NCBI RefSeq assembly: GCF_000143415.4
Contig: NW_003314406.1
Location: 143,007 to 207,006 of the forward strand
From: Selaginella moellendorffii
Taxonomy: Eukaryota; Plantae; Lycopodiophyta
Reading direction: 5' to 3'
Length of the DNA: 64,000 bases
Shown: positions 50,101 to 62,984 of the stretch, piece by piece
How positions within the stretch are numbered: the stretch's first letter is position 1
Layout: every line of letters begins with the position of its first letter
Made by a program: the position numbers and the translations under genes
Notes under the pieces: generated by a model
The model's input: the letters and a program-made list of their open reading frames with translations, nothing else
Database searches by the model: none
What the model was told of the DNA's origin: nothing

Positions 50101-53100
50101 CGGCCCAACTTCGTGACCCTCCCATGGGTCTCTTATAAAGACTACCTTCCTTGGACTCACTATGCCATCGCATGGACATAGTTTATTTCCCTTAGGTGCT
50201 CTTCCCACTTGGTCATCATGACCAAGCCACACCACTTTAAACAGTTCAATTTCAACATTTTGAACCAGGAACTTCATTCCTTAGCCAACCAAGGACCTTG
50301 TCCTTATTTGGCCATAAGATCACCTAGTGATCTCACCTTGGCATCTTAACAGAGTTGCCAAGAGGTACTTGGTCTTCTAGACCTTCAAGTTGTTGACTAT
50401 AACCCCGGGGGCATCCCCCACACTTGGCAGTGCACCCAAGCCAGCCCTTACAGCCAAGGGTTCATAGCAACTGAGATTAGGTGTCCCCATCTCACTCACC
50501 ACGTCCTTGGTGCCACTTGCACCAAAGCGTTCAAGTTAGATATGCCGAGCTTTCACACTAAGCAATCTAACTGTGCATCACGACTCCGAGGCATCCCTCG
50601 CTTGGCGGTGTGCCCAAACCAGTCTCCCCACTGAGAGTCCATGACCACCGAAATATGAGTGTCCTTATATTCCAAACCATCACCACGCCCTAGTGATTTG
50701 GGACTCGAACCCAAGCACTAAAGGGTCGGGACTCGAACCCAACCTCCGTATATGCATCTACGGACGGCATCTCACAGGATGCCTGGCGTGACTCCCCACG
50801 CCGGTGCACCAACTTATACTTAAAGCACGCTACAGATCACAGCTTAGGAACCTGGTTCCTCCACACTGCCAAGTCCCCTCACTTGACAAGTCTGTGATCA
50901 TGCATGGACTCCTCCATGCTTGGCCCCACGGCCCATCTTTTTTGAGGTTATCACCTTCAACTAGGGTATTTGTTCCCCCGTCTTGCCAATCTCACTTGGC
51001 AAGTCCTCCGACCACTGTAACATGGTTCCTGCATAAGCGTGAAAGTCCTTGACCATTGACTTTCGTTCAAAGTCCTCTCTTTGAACACTCGGGAACTACT
51101 TCCTTAACCTTGATAGCCTTGCCTCATGGCAAGCTTCAAGACCACACTTCTGCTGTGCCACTCTGATTTTGCGTGTTCCATGAACCATTTACACTTGGCC
51201 TTTCTAGGTACTAAGCTACCTAGAATCATCTTTGGGAACCTTGAAGGAACTCTGTCCCTTAGCTTGCTAAGGCCTCCCTTTTTGCAAGCTTTATAATTGC
51301 CATATAGTCTAACATGGACAATTCCATATTTTAGACTCTCCATGGCATCACGGTTGCTAGCAACAACATCCTCGAGCACCCACTTGATTCTCCACTCCCA
51401 ACTTGCATAACCACTGTTGGATATGCCTTTCGATTTCTATGGTTCAGTTCCATCCTAATACTACTTGCCTTTTCGCCCCATATGTTTCCTTTGGTTATTC
51501 TTCTCCAGACTAGGAGGATAGCTTTGCACATTTTACCATGCCTTAGCAAGTATTCTTAGGGATGAACCTACCTGATAGCCTAGGGAGTGGTTCCTCAATC
51601 TTGGGCATGCTCACCTTATAATCCCACACATCGGGATTAATGTTGCTGCTTATGGGCTTTTACATGCCCATCACTAGCCTTGCTAAAATTCCATTTTTGG
51701 CTTTGTCCAATTCGGGCAGACAGTCTTCTCCTGTCTCCACAACCTTGGACATTTGGATAGCACCTACTATCCATCATTCACTAGAGACTTAGTCCTTTGG
51801 GCCTTATCTATTGCCCTTGCGACACGAAACACCACCTCCTGGTGTTCTAGAGTGTTTGGGTGTCCCAATGATGGCCTCCTGACAATGAGCATTCCCGTTT
51901 ATGACATTGACTTACTATATCACAACATAAGCAATTTATCCCCCGTAAGGGTATATCTAACTTCCTTATGCCATTAAGAAGTCTTGGGTAGCTACCTTCT
52001 ACCCATTTAACCAATTATTTTGCACCTCTTGCTTAGTTGCCCCATAGTTGTCAAGTCCTACAACTCATTGCTTGGTGCTTCCACACCTCCATCATTATCT
52101 GGGTCACCACACTCCAACCGCATGCCTTCCAGCTTAGGCTATGCTATTCCCATTTCCATTGGGATTCCTTTGGAAGGGGTTCTCATGAACCCGCCAACTT
52201 GACCTCAAGGTAGCACGCCTTGGCATCTTTGGTGTCTCCACACCATCGGCTCCACGAGCCTACTTTTATGACACTTCTTACTTGTGTCTAGGTATTTTTG
52301 CCAAGACTAATATGGTTGTTCCTTATGCCAATTATCCATTAGCACTACAAAATAGAGTTCATGCACAATTTTGTGTCAAAGTTGTTTCCTTCCGGAAAAG
52401 TCTTTCCCACGACTTTAGCATGGCACCTTCTGCCATCAATGAGATACAACTGCTCTCATGCTTGGATCTCAAGATCCTCCTCATACTTCGTGGGGCACCA
52501 GACACCTCAGTCCAAATGCTTTCCTCAAGCCCTTAGGATTTTTCCTTGACTCTATTGGAGTCATTCAACCTTTTGGACTTTGTTAATCCGACGACGTATG
52601 ATGTCCTACTTTGGAGGTGCTGGCTCACTAGAATACAACTCCTTGTATTCATGTCCTACTCACAAGGACCATATTTTGCAAGTGTTACTCCAACACTTGA
52701 TGATTTTCTTAGGGCTAACCTTTGCCCCCTTAGGACTACTTATCCATGTGATGAGAATAGCAACTCATCTTTAAGTACACCCTCAACTCCTTGGGTTGTT
52801 CCAGCATTTATTAGAGGTAGCCCCGGCCACCATTTCAAGGACCGGTGTCCTCTTCTGTATTTGACCTCCCACGGTCAACAATTCCGGTCTCAAATTTATG
52901 AGTACCAGCCTCAACCATATAAGGGTAATCTTGTGACTCCTTTATTGTTTTGGAGTCTGCATCTTTCCCGTGATCCCAACTATGGTTGTTTACCACAACT
53001 ACATTAGCTCATTTGCTGCGTCAAACGCTCATCTGGATCACATCCTCAGCTCTCTGAGGAAACCCTTATACTGTTCCCAAGATCCCAAAGTCATTCCATT

Positions 53101-54383
53101 ATTGGCCCTTTTCTATCCACCACCTCACCTATAAGTTCACACATGAACTGTAATGGAGAGCCATGTCTTCTTGACCTGCTACTCCTCAAGGATAGACCCA
53201 CTCTTGGGACCTTCCGATGCCAACACCAGTGGTGATATACTTGAACACCAATAATAGTCGGACTAAGGAACAGCTCCGATACCAAGTTGTAAGAGACTAA
53301 TTTTTCCATTTTACTTTAGTCACTTAACCACACCTCCGACCACTTGGAGGAGTCTCATTCACCACCTCCATAAGTCCCAGTTAGGACTTTGGGCTTGCTA
53401 GCCCCGAGAATGGCATCCATGCCACTCAACCCTTGCACTTGGTCTTAGTGCTCCACGTGTCCGATCCCATGATCGACACCCCAAGGTACCACCGACATAT
53501 CGGCCCGTTACGCTGAGGCCATACCTATTCACCTTAGTCACACCGGTGGTCCAACACCACCTACATTGCAATCCCATCTCTCATAGACTAGGCCATCCAT
53601 CGATGAGTGATCATCCCAGATCCACTCCTTAGCATCCTTAGGATGCTCATAGACTTAGGGAATAACCTTCCCAAATATCTCTTCTCCGGTCCCCACCAAG
53701 TCCCTCTCTGTCGATGGCCGTGTTCACCAACACTGCCACTGGATCAAGGCCCGCAGGCCCGACCTCTAAGTCCAATTGTCCTCTGGGACTTCCTCACTGG
53801 ATGACTGTGTCCTTTGTCACCACACCAGAGGGCTACTCCTCTTCCTTTCCACAGTCTGGGACTTTGGGATAACATTTCGGAACACCGTGGCCTTACGCAA
53901 GCCTCATGGGTACTTTCCCCGCCTTTCGCCTTTAGGTGCTCTAGCCATGGGCTTAGAGCGAGGTTCCATTGAGCCACGACAGGTATCCAAGTAGGTAGTG
54001 CCACCCACACTTGGACTGGGAGCATCGGCCAGTCGATCTCCCGGGGGAACTAGAGCCGGCTCTTGAACACTTCACTAAGCTACCCCGCTTGTCGGTTTGT
54101 GTTCACTCTAGTCTTGGACTTCCCAGTGGGCAACTCATCACCCAACACTGGGTCCGGCCTTCCTGGGCCAAACTGGCCTTTCCTGGCCAAATTGGCTCCA
54201 CTGCAGTCCTCCCCCTACTATACTTTTGGAGCTCACCAAACCCCCCAGGGTCTGGGAGACGAACGCTTTGGGCTTTCACCCTCTCAGACTCGGACTCGGA
54301 CTTGAACTCGGACTCGGACACGGACTTGGACTCGGACTCGGGCTCGGTCTCGGCCTCGGCCTTGGTCTCGGTCTCGGTCCCGA

Positions 54384-54415
<32 letters not shown>

Positions 54416-54824
54416 CCGGTCTCGGTCTTGACTTCGGACTCCATCTCGGACTCCATCTCGGGTCCATCTCGGACTCCATCTCGGACTCCATCTCAGGTCC
54501 ATCTCGGACACTTCCACGTGTCATGTGTTAGTCCTTTTTGGGTCCCTTTTTGGAGCCTCGCTTATGGCTCGCTTCGTGGTCATTCCTCAAGCACTTTGTT
54601 AGGGGTTCCACTCCCACTCCCGACCTTTCAAGGTGGAGCTTTTAGTCCAAACGTGTTACGCTCGTTTGGCTTTCGCTTCGGCCACTACCACGTGGCGCCC
54701 CTCCGGCTCCACTTTGGGGCCTAGGGATTTTGTGTCTCACAGTGCACTCTTGTTCATGGGCCCTTTCCCTCTATATTTGAACCCCATGGACCGTTTCTCG
54801 AGTCGTTCCCTTTGGTTGCTTACA
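47143..54824 (-). mobile_element. Cassandra-like TRIM (194-bp LTRs with 5S rRNA-derived segment), one LTR interrupted by LARD A2
   Basis: LTR 47143-47336; 177-bp internal region with PPT and PBS on the minus strand; second LTR 47514-47629 + 54747-54824. TSD ATTGG/GTTGG in RNase H (DFAL|GAVL). Confidence 0.85.
47630..54741 (-). mobile_element. LARD-like non-autonomous LTR retrotransposon, copy A2
   Basis: LTRs 47630-49223 and 53288-54741; TSD GTGCA (47625-47629 / 54742-54746); internal region colinear with A1. Confidence 0.9.
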
Positions 54825-54922
54825 GTTGGGTGCAGTTTTGAAGCAAGACAACCATCCAATGGCGTTCTTCTTGAAGAAGTTGGACTCAGCGAAAGTGGCC
54901 TGCCCACAAGAAGGAATTATTT

Positions 54923-55116
54923 TGTAAGCAACCAAAGGGAACGACTTGAGAGACGATCCATGGGGTTCAAATATAGAGGGAAATGGCCCATGAACAAGAG
55001 TGCATCCCCTTTTCCAATCGGTTAAGGGTCTTGGGATATTTGGGGTTAAGCGTCCTTGGGTTTGAATAGTACTGGGCTGGGTGACCTCCCGGGAAGTCCA
55101 AACTCAGGAGCTTACA
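54923..55116 (+). mobile_element. Cassandra-like solo LTR
   Basis: TGTAAGC..GCTTACA, TSD TATTT; 5S-like segment at 55045-55099. Confidence 0.9.
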
Positions 55117-55663
55117 TATTTGTGGTGGTCAAGGCGCTTAAGAAGTGGCGACACTACCTTGGGAGGCACTTCAAAGTTTACATGGACAATGTGGCAACAA
55201 AACATTTCTTGTCGCAGCCCGACCTAAGAGGGAAACAGGGTTGGTGGGGCAATGCTTTGGCCGAGTATGATTACGAGATTTTGTAAAAGCTTGGGAAGAG
55301 CAATATCGTGGCAGATGCTCTAAGTCAAAAAGCAAGCTTGAAGTTAGCAGCATCTAGTGCGACAGCAACCTTTTGGGATGATGTGTGGACAACATATGAG
55401 AACAATGGTCTAGCACAAGAAGTGTTGCTAAGGAACCTAGAGGCCTAGGAAGCTCACAAGAGAGGTGAGCTGCCAATGGAAGAGAAAACAAGCTATATAG
55501 AACACAATGGACTTATCTTTATAAACAAACGAGGGTGTATGTTCTAGAAGGGGAACTAAGGAAGGTAGCCTTAGAAGAGTGTCATGAGAGACCTCTTGCA
55601 GGATATGGCGGAGTGCCCAAGACAATGGGCTTATTCAATAGGAAGTATCACTAGTTAGATATG

Positions 55664-55857
55664 TGTAAGCTCCTGAGTTTGGACTTCCCGGGAGGTCACC
55701 CAGCCCAGTACTATTCAAACCCAAGGACGCTTAACCCCAAATATCCCAAGACCCTTAACCGATTGGAAAAGGGGGTGCACTCTTGTTCATAGGCCTTTTC
55801 CCTCTATATTTGAACCCCATGGATCGTCTCTCGAGTCGTTCTCTTTGGTTGCTTACA
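55664..55857 (-). mobile_element. Cassandra-like solo LTR
   Basis: TGTAAGC..GCTTACA, TSD ATATG; opposite orientation to the 54923 copy. Confidence 0.9.
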
Positions 55858-56268
55858 ATATGGCTAAGGATGTCCAAGACTATGTAAAGACATGTCCAAC
55901 ATGTCAGCAGGTCAAAGTTATGATTAAGGTTAGTGGGGGCTTGTTAGAAAGCATCCTAATTCCAGATCGTCCTTAGAAATAACTTACGATGGACTTCATC
56001 ATGGGACTCCCCCCAAGTGAGAGATTTGATGCAATATTCGTGGTGGTAGACCGATTTTCGAAGATGGCATATTTCATACCCACCACAACATAAATGGATG
56101 CAAAAGGTGTGGCAAAGTTGTTGTTCAAACAAGTGGTTCAAGTGCGAGGAAGGCCAGAGGAGATCATCTCAGATCGAGATAAGATATTCATTAGTATGTT
56201 TTTGAGAACTCTCCTGGAACAGTATTGCACCAAGTTGAAATTCAGCACAGCCTATCACCCACAGACAG

Positions 56269-56315
56269 GTATTGGGTATTAAGTCAAGTTGGATGGCAGT
56301 AACACTTCTTGATAG
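56269..56315 (+). other. 47-nt GT-AG intron-like insert in gypsy integrase
   Basis: Removal restores AYHPQT-DGQTERVN exactly. Confidence 0.75.
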
Positions 56316-56733
56316 ATGGACAAACGGAAAGGGTGAATAGGCAATTGGAGGATTATTTGCGATGCTATGTCTCCGGAGACCACACTAATTGGGTAAGTCA
56401 TTTGGGACTTGCGAAAATGTGCTATAACAACTCACCACACTCGAGTATTGGGGTGAGTCCATGGGAAGTCATTAATGGGCAAGCTATTGAAAGTCTTGTG
56501 GAACTCGGCGTGGCCGAGTATCATGGTGAGTTACCCGCAGTGGAGGCGTTCATGGTAGAAAGACTCAATATTTGGAATTTAGTAAGGGATTCCTTGGAAC
56601 AGGCTTAACAAAGGCAAACCAAGGACGCGAACCAGAAGTGCCGGGATGTAGAGTTTCAAGCTGGGGAGAAGGTGTGGCTGAACACCAAGAACTTTAGGCT
56701 ACCAAGTGGGATCAGCCAGAAATTGACCCAAAG

Positions 56734-56784
56734 GTAAAATGTATGTATTCCTGGAAATGAACTAATCTTGAGTTCCTTAAGTAG
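56734..56784 (+). other. 51-nt GT-AG intron-like insert in gypsy integrase
   Basis: Removal restores KLTQR-FAGPY exactly. It has a CTAAT branch-point-like motif and contains an in-frame TAA. Confidence 0.78.
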
Positions 56785-56867
56785 GTTTGCGGGGCCTTAC
56801 GAGATTGAGGCACGAATCAGTAAAGTGGCTTACCGCCTCTGACTTCCTTGAGAGATGGGGAAGATGC

Positions 56868-57064
56868 TATAAGCAATCAAAAAGAAGACTTGAGAGATGA
56901 TCCATGGGGTTCAAATATAAAGGGAAAGGGCCCATGAACAAGAGTGCACCCCGTTTTCCAATCGGTTAAAGGTCAAGCTTGGGGTATTTGGGGTTAAGCA
57001 TCCTTGGGTTTGAATAGTACTGGGTTGGGTGACCTCCCGGGAAATCCAAATTCAAGAGTTTACA
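56868..57064 (+). mobile_element. Cassandra-like solo LTR (more diverged)
   Basis: TATAAGC..TTTACA, TSD GATGC; inserted just before HPIFHV of the integrase. Confidence 0.85.
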
Positions 57065-58094
57065 GATGCACCCAATATTCCATGTGAACTTACTCAAGCT
57101 ATACTTTGAGGATCCACTTCGCAAGGACTAAGTAAGACCTTTACTTGAGGTTATCTGAGAGGAAGAGGAATACAAAGTCGAGGCCATCCTCAATGCGCGC
57201 AAGAGTAAGCGACAAGGACGTGAGGTGAAGGAGTTCCATATGAAGTGGAAAGGATTTCTACACTGCGAAGCAACATGGGAACCAAAGGAAAATCTAGCAA
57301 ACGCATGAGATCTAGTGGAGGAATTTCTGCAAGGAATAACTCTATATACTTATGCAAAGTTCAATTGAAGTATCAATTTGTGAAGTTGAGTCTGAAGGCA
57401 CGGTTAAAGTAATCTAATTAGCATGAGTTAGCTAAGTCGACCAAGCGTAGGAAACTACGCCCGACTCCCCACGGGAATGTCAAATCCATAGACGTATTCC
57501 ATGGAAGTTTGGTTCGAGTCCCAACCTCTAGTAAAGCAAGGTTGGGTTCAAATCCGAACCCTATACTAGGGCGTGGTGAGGGGAGGGGGGTAGGGACATC
57601 TATACTCCATTGTCATGGGCTCTTGGCCAGGGAGGCTAACTTAGGCACACCGCTAAGTGGGGGGATGCCCCTAAAGATATGGTTAACAAGTCGTAAGATT
57701 AAAAAGAGGTGTTCGATGTGGGCATCGAATCTCTTGTATGGGTGGTGCAATTGTAAGGAACTGATTCCCCAAGGTGTCAAAGGCTAAAGGATCCCCGAAG
57801 GCACAACCAAAATGATAAAGAGTTCATCGAATGAGACCGAGTTTGAGATCGACACGAAGACTGAGTTCGAGACCGAGTTTGAGATTGAGTCCGAGACCAA
57901 CTCTGAGACCGAGTTCGAGACTGAGTCTGAGATCCAATATTGGGTCCGAGACCAAGTCCGAGATTGAGTTCGAGACCGAGTCCGAAATCGAGCCCGAAGT
58001 CGAGTCCGAGATCAAGTTCGAGACCGAGTCCAAATACTAATACAGGTCATGGGGTGAAAGCCCAAAGCATGTATCTCCTTGGGGGGGGGGGGGG

Positions 58095-61000
58095 TGTTAT
58101 GATTCGGCGCAAAAAGACAAAGATCTCGTTGCCCTAGACTATGCTACGCCACCTCTTGAGGTTCCTCACCACCCAACCACCCCCGAGCTACCTCAAAAGC
58201 TCCACTGCGCCGCCGCTCCACTGTGAGCCCTAGGGTAGGTTAAGTCCCTTACCCTAACATGCCTTAATATACCCTTGAGCCTCCCTTTGACCGACGTTGA
58301 CCACGTAGTCAAAGCTGGCGCCTAACAATTCTTCCCCCCCAACAAAGTCCTTGTCCCAAGGACGAGTTGTACCGGTGATCACCCTTTCTGGGGAATCCTG
58401 CTCAAGCTCCTGGTCCATCTTCCACAGCCGTATACATCAAGGAGGCATTGGGCCCGTCACTCCGAGATAGTACACCTTTCAACTGGCTGACATAAAATAC
58501 CGGATGAATTTTCACCCCAGCTGGCAGCCGCACCCGATAAGCCGCTTTACCAATGCGCTCCAGCACTTCATATGGACCAGCATATCGATGGGAGAGTTTA
58601 TCACTCTTCCCTATCCGTAAAGGCACCAAGGTGTTCCGCCGCTCACTTGACGGAAAGATCACTCGCACGAAGACGAGATCACCCACCTTATATTCCCAGA
58701 ATTGGCGATGCTCATTAGCAAACTTCTCCGCTCTATCCTGAGCTGCTTGCAAATTCCGTTTGCATACCACCAGAATCTCATCAAGTTCTGTGGCCAGATC
58801 AGTTGCCTCGGAATCAAGCTTTTCTTGAACGTCCTTACTCAAATGCAATCCCAACTCCACCGTTGTTCGAGGATGCCTTCCAAACATCGCAAAGTAAGGA
58901 CTTACCTTGGTTCCACTGTGTTGGCTATTGTTGTAAGCAAATTGCACCAACGGAAGATATAGATCCCACTGTCCTTGCCTTTGACCAATGCTACAACGTA
59001 GCATATCCTCCACCACCTGATTCACACGCTCAGTTTGCCCATCCGTCTGAGGATGATCTCCACTCGAGAGTTTCAAAGTCACTTGCATAGCCTTTGCAAA
59101 GCTTTTCCAAAATCCACTGGTGAACTTTGAATCTCGATCACTAATGATGTCCTCTGGCAAACCAAAATCAGGAAAAACCTTCTCCAAGTAAACCGCAGCC
59201 AAGTCTGAGGTAGTGACAGTCTTCCGAAGAGCCAACAACCGCACATACTTCGTCAACCGATCTACTATGACCCATACTTGCTCCTTTTGCCTCTGTGTTC
59301 GTGGCAAACAAGTGATGAAGTCCATAGAGATACTACACCAACGGCTCTGAGGAATAGGTACGTCTTCTTCCCCCCAAAATGACCGGCCTCTGGACGATCA
59401 TGATAGTGGAATAAAACTTGAGTAATTAACGCATCCACCCGTGGCAAATAGACACGGCCATTGTAGTAGAGAATCCCATCCACCAATGAGAAAGGAGCTT
59501 CCATCTGGTCTCGCAAAGGGGCCACCTCAGCATCCTGAGCCTGAGCATGCTCAACCAACTGCCCAAACTCGCTGACCACCTTACTTCAATGATGACAAAA
59601 TTGTGTTCGTAACATCGTCACATGACGAACACGAGATAAAGCATCCGCCACCACATTTGATTTTCCCGGACGATGCTCAATAGGAAACTCCCCAAACTCC
59701 ATGAGTTTGACCATCCAACGAGCTTGCCTAGTGTTCAACTCCTTCTGTGTGAAAAGATACACAAGTGGTTTGTGATCTGTCAACACCACGAACACTGCAC
59801 CATAAAGATAGTGCTGCCACGTCCGCAAAGCATGAACAATAGAGAGTAACTCTTGCTCATATGTGGAATAGCGTTGCTCCGCGGAATTCAAAGTTCAACT
59901 CTCATATGCAATAGGCTGTCCCTCTTGCATGAGAACTCCTCCCAGTGCATAACCACTCGCATCGCATGTCACCTCGTAAGGTTTCGATGGATCAGCAATT
60001 CGAAGCACTGGAGCCTCGATCAACAATCGTTTCAGCGCCACAAAACTCTCCTCTTGTGGCGTCTTCCACTCGAATGGCACATTCTTGCGTAACAACCGCA
60101 TCAACGGAATAGCCACCTCTGCAAACTTATGCTGGAAATGTCGGTAGTAACTAGCCATACCAAGAAAACTGCGCAACTCGGCCACTGTAGTCGGTGTAAG
60201 CCAGTTTTCCACCACAGCCACCTTCCTTGGATCCGTCTTGACACCCTTAGATGTCACAATATGGCCTAGATATTCCACCTCCGACTTTGCAAATTCACAT
60301 TTGCTCTTCTTCGCATAAAGTTTGCTGTCTCGAAGTAACAAAAGAACCTTGCGCAAATGCACCCTATGCTCCTCCATATTCTTGCTAAAAACAAGAATAT
60401 CGTCCAAGAAAATCTCCACAAACTCATGAAGATAACGCCCAAATACCTCCGTCATCAACCGAGTAAATGTGGCCGGTGCATTCGTCAAACCAAACGGCAT
60501 AACGGTAAACTCAAAATGTCCGAAGCTTGTGTTGAATGCCGTCTTGGAGATAGATGCATCATCCATTGCAATCTGATGATATCCACTCCTCAGATCAATC
60601 TTGGTAAACACTCGTGCTTCACCAAGCTTGTCTAGGATATCATCCACACGTGGCATCGGCATCTTGTCCTTCACTGTCTTCTTGTTTAAAGCATGGTAGT
60701 CAATACACATCCGCATTGAACCGTCCTTCTTCTTCACAAGCAAGATCGGAGCACCAAACGGAGACTTACTTGGCTAAATAAATCCAAACTCAAGTAACTC
60801 CTTGACTTGTCGTTGAACTTCTTGCTCCTCCGCATAACTTAACCGAAATGGATGCCGGTAAATTGGCCGCGTCCCCGGCTCCAATGTAATCCCATGCTCT
60901 ACACCTCGTAATGGAGGCAATCCATGAGGAAGTTCAGATGGAAAAACATCAGAAAACTCATCAAGTACATCCCGTACTGCTGCTTCTCCCCCAGACGTGC

Positions 61001-62880
61001 CTTGGTCCCCCAAGTCACGAACAAACAGCAAGTAACTTGAAAGTGCTTTTCCATTACGACAAGCCCGCTTCAAAGATGTAGCAGAGAGTGTAACAACTGG
61101 TGGTTGAACGCCCTCGCCAAACCACATATCTTTAACGCCACCATACTCCAGCGAGATACGCTTAATGCTCCACTTTATCTCTGGATCCACCTTCACCAAC
61201 CATGGCATCCCAAGAATGAGATCCACACGATGGATATCCGCGAGATAAAAAGTCTCCACAAGTGTGGTTTTGCCAACCAACACTTCCAGGCCCTCGACAC
61301 AAGCATCGAAATGCTGAGCAGAGGTAGCTGCACCTTCCACTGTGTATGGAAGAACTCCACGTGTGTTCAGGCGATGCTTCGCAACAAACTTTGCCGAAAC
61401 AAAGTTGTCATCGCTCCCACTATCCAGTAAAATCCGCACTGGATCGCCACGGAACACGCCTTCCAGCATTAAAGCTGATTCACGCGTATCCTCAAGCTCC
61501 ATCTTGTTCCACACACAGTTGAGCTGACGAGCAACGATCGAAAGTCGCTTCCTCCGACCGGAATGGTCGTTCTCCTCCTCCTCACGCTGCAAAGTTTGCA
61601 ACTTTTTAGTATTGGACTTACCGTGAGAAGAAGATTGGCCATTCTTCTTGTCCTGCTGCTTGTTCTTCAACTGCGCACAATCAGCCTTGTAGTGTCCAAG
61701 TTCACCACAATGATGACAACCCTGTCTATAATTATTCACAAAGAACTTCTGCTTCTTGGACCCCTTTGCATCCGAGGTAGTCACCACCGACTTCAACTTG
61801 TGATGCTTGTTCCCATCCTTGTGTCCACGGCGATCATCACGACGATTCTCGATAGAAGGAGTCCGTGAACGCTTGCGAGACTTGTGCTTGTCATTATCAA
61901 GTCGACGAGCCGCATCAAAGAGCTCCTCCAAACTCTTTGTAGGTTGAGAATGACGCAAGTGTTGCCGCATGCTCTCACTATGTAGGCCATCAATGAAGTA
62001 GGATTTGTTCTGATCTGGATCCTTCGTTGGAACACGACTAATCAAGCGAGTAAGCTTCTCAATATAATCCCCAAGCGTCATTTTCCCTTGCTGGAAATGG
62101 CGAAGTTCTGTACGAGCATTCTCCACGTCGTAATGAGGGGCAAAACGTAAACGGAAAGCAGCCTCAAACTCATCCATGGTAGATACTGGTGATTTCTTAT
62201 CCGCAACACGGGACTCCTCAAGCCAATTCCACCATCGAAGACCCGCATCACGCAAAACCATCGGAATAGCCACTAAAGCCTCTGCATCTGGAGTTCCTCT
62301 AGCAGCCAAGAACTTCTTCACATTGGCTAGCCAAGCGAGACACTCATCCACACCACCATCACTGGAAAAGGTTGGAATCTTGAGTCGATCTACCAAAGAA
62401 GGCTTACTTGGAGCGCTACCCCGTCCAGCCTCGAGTGCCTCAACACGCCCACGCATGGTATCCATCATGCCATGCATCTCGTCTTGCATCTCTTGCTGAT
62501 TTTTATTAAGGGCTCGCAGCTCATGAACCACATCTTGAATGGTCCAAATCTCCGCAGCTACGTCGGCACCATCGTCGGCACCACCATCGATGATAGGATT
62601 CCAGCATTCAGCTTGGTCGGCCATCGCAACCAATCCTTTGATACCAATGTTATGATCCGGTGCAAAAAGACAAAGATCTCGTTGCCCTAGACTATGCTAC
62701 GCCACCTCTTGAGGTTCCTCACCACCCAACCACCCCCGAGCTACCTCAAAAGCTCCACTGCACCGCCGCTCCACTGTGAGCCCTAGGGTAGGTTAAGTCC
62801 CTTACCCTAACATGCCTTAATATACCCTTGAGCCTCCCTTTGACCGACATTGACCACGTAGTCAAAGCTGGCGCCTAACA
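58095..62880 (-). mobile_element. Compact full-length Ty3/gypsy element C (4786 bp)
   Basis: 233-bp LTRs at 58095-58327 and 62648-62880 (4 differences, all transitions). PBS TGGTATCAAAG at ~62646-62636, PPT next to 58328, flanked by GGGGG. Confidence 0.93.
58402..62624 (-). pseudogene. gag-pol of element C (gag, CCHC, PR, RT, RH, IN; no chromodomain)
   Basis: Motifs CHHCGELGHYKADC, LLDSGS, FLDD, TCDASG, SMDF..SDRD..DGQTE and YAGPY. Stops at ~60774, ~59895 and ~59586, plus a deletion at ~59360. Confidence 0.9.
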
Positions 62881-62984
62881 GGGGGGGGGTTGAGGTACCC
62901 ATATTGGGCCATTAGGCCATGGTGTTTCGCCTCGGCGTCCTGAAGCAAGTGTTGCACCCAAGGCTTGGGATTTAGAGGGTCAAT

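Larger units (their letters stand above)
45523..57335 (+). pseudogene. gag-pol of element B (gag C-term, CCHC, PR, partial RT, RH, IN, chromodomain) split by insertions
   Basis: ORF fragments 45677-45973, 46037-46576, 46518-46880, 46911-47147, ~55120-55286, 56094-56282 and 56309-56608. There are many CGA/TGG-derived stops and a deletion between PR and RT. Confidence 0.88.
21428..62984 (+). mobile_element. Host chromodomain-bearing Ty3/gypsy LTR retrotransposon (element B), disrupted by nested insertions
   Basis: 5' LTR starts TGTAAAGAACTGA at 21428 and is split by inserts. PBS TGGTATCGGAGC (tRNA-iMet type) at 31732. gag at 31824-32187 and 45523 onward, with CCHC (CYNCGEVGHFSKEC), protease (IDTGA), RT (YIDD), RNase H, integrase and chromodomain (EYKVEAIL..MKWKGF..ATWEP). 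PPT and 3' LTR start TGTAAGGAACTGA at 57752; that LTR is cut by element D at 62985. Confidence 0.85.

Noticed and set aside
55045-55099. 5S rRNA gene
   Set aside because: Only the ~55-nt A-to-C-box portion is present, embedded in TG..CA LTRs with TSDs.
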